Part shown: positions 16,667 to 19,140 of the stretch, in pieces | How positions within the stretch are numbered: position 1 is the stretch's first letter | Layout of the letters: each line of letters begins with the position of its first letter | From: an uncultured Pseudomonadota bacterium | GTDB lineage: Bacteria; Vulcanimicrobiota; Vulcanimicrobiia; Eremiobacterales; Eremiobacteraceae | Assembly: GCA_963736005.1 (NCBI GenBank) | Contig: CAVTNB010000005.1 | Coordinates: 1-19,140 of the forward strand | Direction of reading: 5' to 3' | DNA: 19,140 bases | Position numbers and translations under genes: made by a program | Notes under the pieces: generated by a model | Database searches by the model: none | The model's input: only the letters and a program-made list of their open reading frames with translations | What the model was told of the DNA's origin: nothing

Positions 16667-17406
16667 AGCGCGTCCACCAAGGCTGGTAGCGTTGTCGTCT
16701 CCGGCACAATCTCAACGTGCAGGCCAAACTGTCGCGCTTCGAAGAGCGTAACGGGTCCGATACAGACGAGGAGCTTGCCACGCAGTTTGGCCGGGGCATG
16801 CTCCGTGCCCAACGCACGGACGAGCGAGCGCACCGCGCTTGGTGACGCAAAAGCGATGACGTCGGTCTGCGCGATGCGCTCCGCGAGGTCGGGTACCTGC
16901 ACTTCAACGGTTGAGTATGCGCTGATCGTCTCGACGCTGCGCCCAGCACCGCGCAAGCGAGCTGCCAGCGCGGGGCGAGCATCCGTAGCTTGAAAAATGA
17001 GAATGCGTTCGTCGATTGTTGCACGTTCCAGAATCGCATCGGCCAGCGACTCTCCCGAAAACTGTTGCGGCACGACGTCCGGCTCGCGTCCGAGGGCTTC
17101 CGTGAGGGCGCGGGCAGTCGCTACGCCGATGACAGCGACGCGAGGCGTGTGCCTAGGGAGTGGTCCCTTGCGGCGTCGCGCAAAGCTTTCCACGCCGGGT
17201 GCACTGGTGAAAACCAGCCATGCAAACGACTCGGCTCGATCGACCGCTGCCTGCAGCGCACGTTCGTCCGGCGGCGGTCCGATCGCGATGAGCGGCACGC
17301 TCGTCACCTTCGCGCCGCGTTCTTCGAGCAAGCGCACGAAATCTGAGTCCGGGTCGGGGCGGCGCGTGACTAAAACGCGAACGCCCCGCAGTAGAGAGTC
17401 AATCAT
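16630..17406 (-). CDS. hemD: Uroporphyrinogen-III synthase
   Basis: VLVTRR, VPLIAI, WLVFTSAPGV, VAVIGVATA, YST, FASPSAV, CIGPVT; start moved to ATG 17406; downstream of hemA. Confidence 0.92.
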   Translation of the reverse strand: MIDSLLRGVRVLVTRRPDPDSDFVRLLEERGAKVTSVPLIAIGPPPDERALQAAVDRAESFAWLVFTSAPGVESFARRRKGPLPRHTPRVAVIGVATARALTEALGREPDVVPQQFSGESLADAILERATIDERILIFQATDARPALAARLRGAGRSVETISAYSTVEVQVPDLAERIAQTDVIAFASPSAVRSLVRALGTEHAPAKLRGKLLVCIGPVTLFEARQFGLHVEIVPETTTLPALVDALCTFYSTQPPKR

Positions 17407-17446
17407 GTCGTTCGCCCGTACGTCCGCCGCCCTAGAGCGGCGCACC

Positions 17447-17474
17447 TGTAGGGGGCGATTGGAAAATCGCCCCT
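17447..17474 (+). repeat. GTAG-family REP-like palindrome (GGGCGA subfamily)
   Basis: tgtag-ggggcgatt-ggaa-aatcgcccc-t; identical in reverse complement to 9736-9763. Confidence 0.9.
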
Positions 17475-17495
17475 CGGTACGGACGCCCGACGATA

Positions 17496-17566
17496 GTCGC
17501 GAATAAATTCGCGACACTACATTGGCCTAAAACCCGGGTCGCGAATAAATTCGCGACACTACATTG
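17496..17566 (-). repeat. Two identical 29-bp REP-like palindromes (CGCGAA subfamily) in tandem
   Basis: gtcgcgaataaattcgcgacactacattg at 17496-17524 and 17538-17566, 13-bp spacer. Confidence 0.9.
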
Positions 17567-18870
17567 AGGGTTTGATGTGAGCGTCGAGTTGGCGCTGCAG
17601 GCGATCGCCAAAGGCATCGGCGTCGAGCAGTGTTTCGGCGAGCTGCGCTTCATCTTCGGGAGGGCCTTCTGCCACTGTCTTGCGGAGCTTCGTCACGGGA
17701 CCGTGCAGCAGCCGGTTGATGATGGAAATACTTGCTGCGACCACCATGTCACCGCTGATCGTCGAGCTCTGGCATGCGCGAGAACAAGCGCTGAATCTCG
17801 ACCGACCGTATTTGCTCGGCCTTGCGGCGCAATGAAGCGATGAGCGGAGCGGCGCCGCGCGTTTGGTACCACTCAAGGTATGCCGCCACGTGCGAAGCGA
17901 CGATCGATTCGACCAGGGGAATCTCGCCGCGGCGACTTTCGAGGGTGCGGTCAACAACGTCACGGAGATCTTCGATTGAATACACAACAATCGACTGGAG
18001 CAACGCTGCGCTTGGTTCGACGTCGCGCGGGACTCCAATGTCCACAATCAGGAGCGGTGCCCCATTGCGCTCGGCGACGGCACCACGGAGCATGGCCTCG
18101 CTGATGATTGGGACCCCAGAGCCAATGGCCGTGATCACAAGATCGCTCTGCGCGAGGACCTCTGACAGCTGCGTCAACGGCGCGCTCGCAGCGCCCACGT
18201 TTTTCGCGAGCGACTGAGCTCGCCAGAGCGTGCGATTGACGATGGTGAGCGAAGAGGCATTTCGCGCAACTAAGTGTTTCGCTGCCGCCGTCCCCATCTT
18301 ACCCGCGCCCACAACGGCGCATCGGGCGTGCGTAATTTCGCAGTGCCGACTTGCAAGTTCCACCGCGGCGGAACCTAGGGAGACAACATCTCGCCCAATG
18401 GCGGTCTGCGTGCGCGCCCGCTTGCCGGTCTGCAACGCCGATCGAAAGAGTCTGCCAAGGTGCGGTCCGATCGATCCCGCCTCCTCGGCCAAGCGCAACG
18501 CATCTTTAACTTGGCTGAGGATCTGGGGCTCGCCGATCAACATCGAATCCAGTCCGCTTGCTACTCTGAAAAGTTGTTCGACCGCCTCGGCACCAAGCAT
18601 GGTGTAAAGGTACTTGTCAAAGTCCTCGACCCGCATCTGGCGATACGTGGTGAGAAACTCTTTGAGTTGTGCTAAGCCCGCTTCGTACGCGTCGACATCC
18701 GCATAGATTTCGAGACGGTTGCATGTGGAAAGGATAGCGGCTTCGCGCACCGCGCTGTAATCGGCAAGCGCGCACAGCGCTTCGGCAAGGCGGTTCGTGG
18801 GCATGGCGTGGCGGTCGCGAACCGCAAGCGGCGCCGTACGATGGCTCAACCCCAAAAGCACGATCGGCAT
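17559..18870 (-). CDS. hemA: Glutamyl-tRNA reductase; one frameshift near 17752
   Basis: GLSHRTAP, LSTCNRLEIY, SGLDSMLIGEPQILSQVK, GAGKMG, VNRT, DIGVPRDVEP; the C-terminal IINRLLHGP helix continues in the 17559..18047 frame after an extra base. Confidence 0.95.
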
Positions 18871-18922
18871 GAGGCTTTAGGGCTTGTCCCAGCCACCCGC
18901 CATCCCTCTCGGTGCCACTCGT

Positions 18923-19140
18923 TCATGGAAAATTCACTACGACAAAATGATGCGTCAAAATAGAGAGCTCGGACACGAGATCGATCGATCGAATTGCCAC
19001 CCCTGCGCCCACGGCGAGACTGGTCGGCGCAAAATTCAGCAGGGCACTGACGCCCGACGCGACCAGTTTGTCGGCAACCTCTTGAGCGGCTCGGGCTGGC
19101 ACGGTTATGATGCCAATGCCACACTGCAGAGGGGACAAGA
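18923..19140 (-). CDS. rex: Redox-sensing transcriptional repressor Rex (3' part; starts beyond window)
   Basis: GIITVPARAAQEVADKLVASGVSALLNFAPTSL...IDLVSEL is the typical Rex C-terminus; rex directly upstream of hemA as in Streptomyces rex-hemACD. Confidence 0.88.
   Translation of the reverse strand, partial: LSPLQCGIGIITVPARAAQEVADKLVASGVSALLNFAPTSLAVGAGVAIRSIDLVSELSILTHHFVVVNFP

Noticed and set aside
17496..17566. Mini CRISPR array (two identical 29-bp palindromic repeats)
   Set aside because: Only two copies, 13-bp spacer is too short, no cas genes, and the unit belongs to the dispersed GTAG REP family.
16026..17753. Programmed frameshifting or pseudogenisation of DUF92 and hemA
   Set aside because: Single-base indels in short G runs with no slippery heptamer; window already shows error-like indels in pnp.
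18921..18950. Rex operator (TAGTGAA...) at the rex 3' end
   Set aside because: Only one half-site resembles the consensus. The rex end may itself carry an extra T (THHLS-stop if removed), so the stop position is uncertain.

Overview
A GC-rich, mostly core chromosomal bacterial window with no transposase, integrase, CRISPR array, rRNA or tRNA. Gene order: panB (5' part, -), FHA protein (-), small hypothetical (+), PilZ protein (-), YnbB/methionine gamma-lyase-family PLP enzyme (-), orphan Lac/Cel-family PTS EIIC (-), PuuD-like C26 hydrolase (-), lexA (-) divergent from a YneA-like TM-LysM gene (+) with two perfect Bacillus-type SOS boxes between them, secreted hypothetical (+), rpsO-pnp (+; pnp heavily frameshifted), TolC-family protein (-), futalosine-pathway mqnL-like/mqnP-like genes plus a LivJ-like binding protein (+), SAM methyltransferase (-), and a rex-hemA-hemD-DUF92 cluster (-). 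Gram-positive-type SOS control together with an outer-membrane TolC suggests a diderm Terrabacteria lineage such as Eremiobacterota (inference only). The most striking non-coding signal is a dense family of GTAG-footed REP-like palindromes: 9 clear copies in at least 3 sequence subfamilies plus degenerate ones, all sharing a (AA)TGTAG foot and often docked at or inside stop codons. Other leads are a Rex-like operator at the mqn/tolC divergent promoter, a structured rpsO leader and candidate leaderless genes. Frameshifts in pnp, DUF92 and hemA are most likely sequencing errors.
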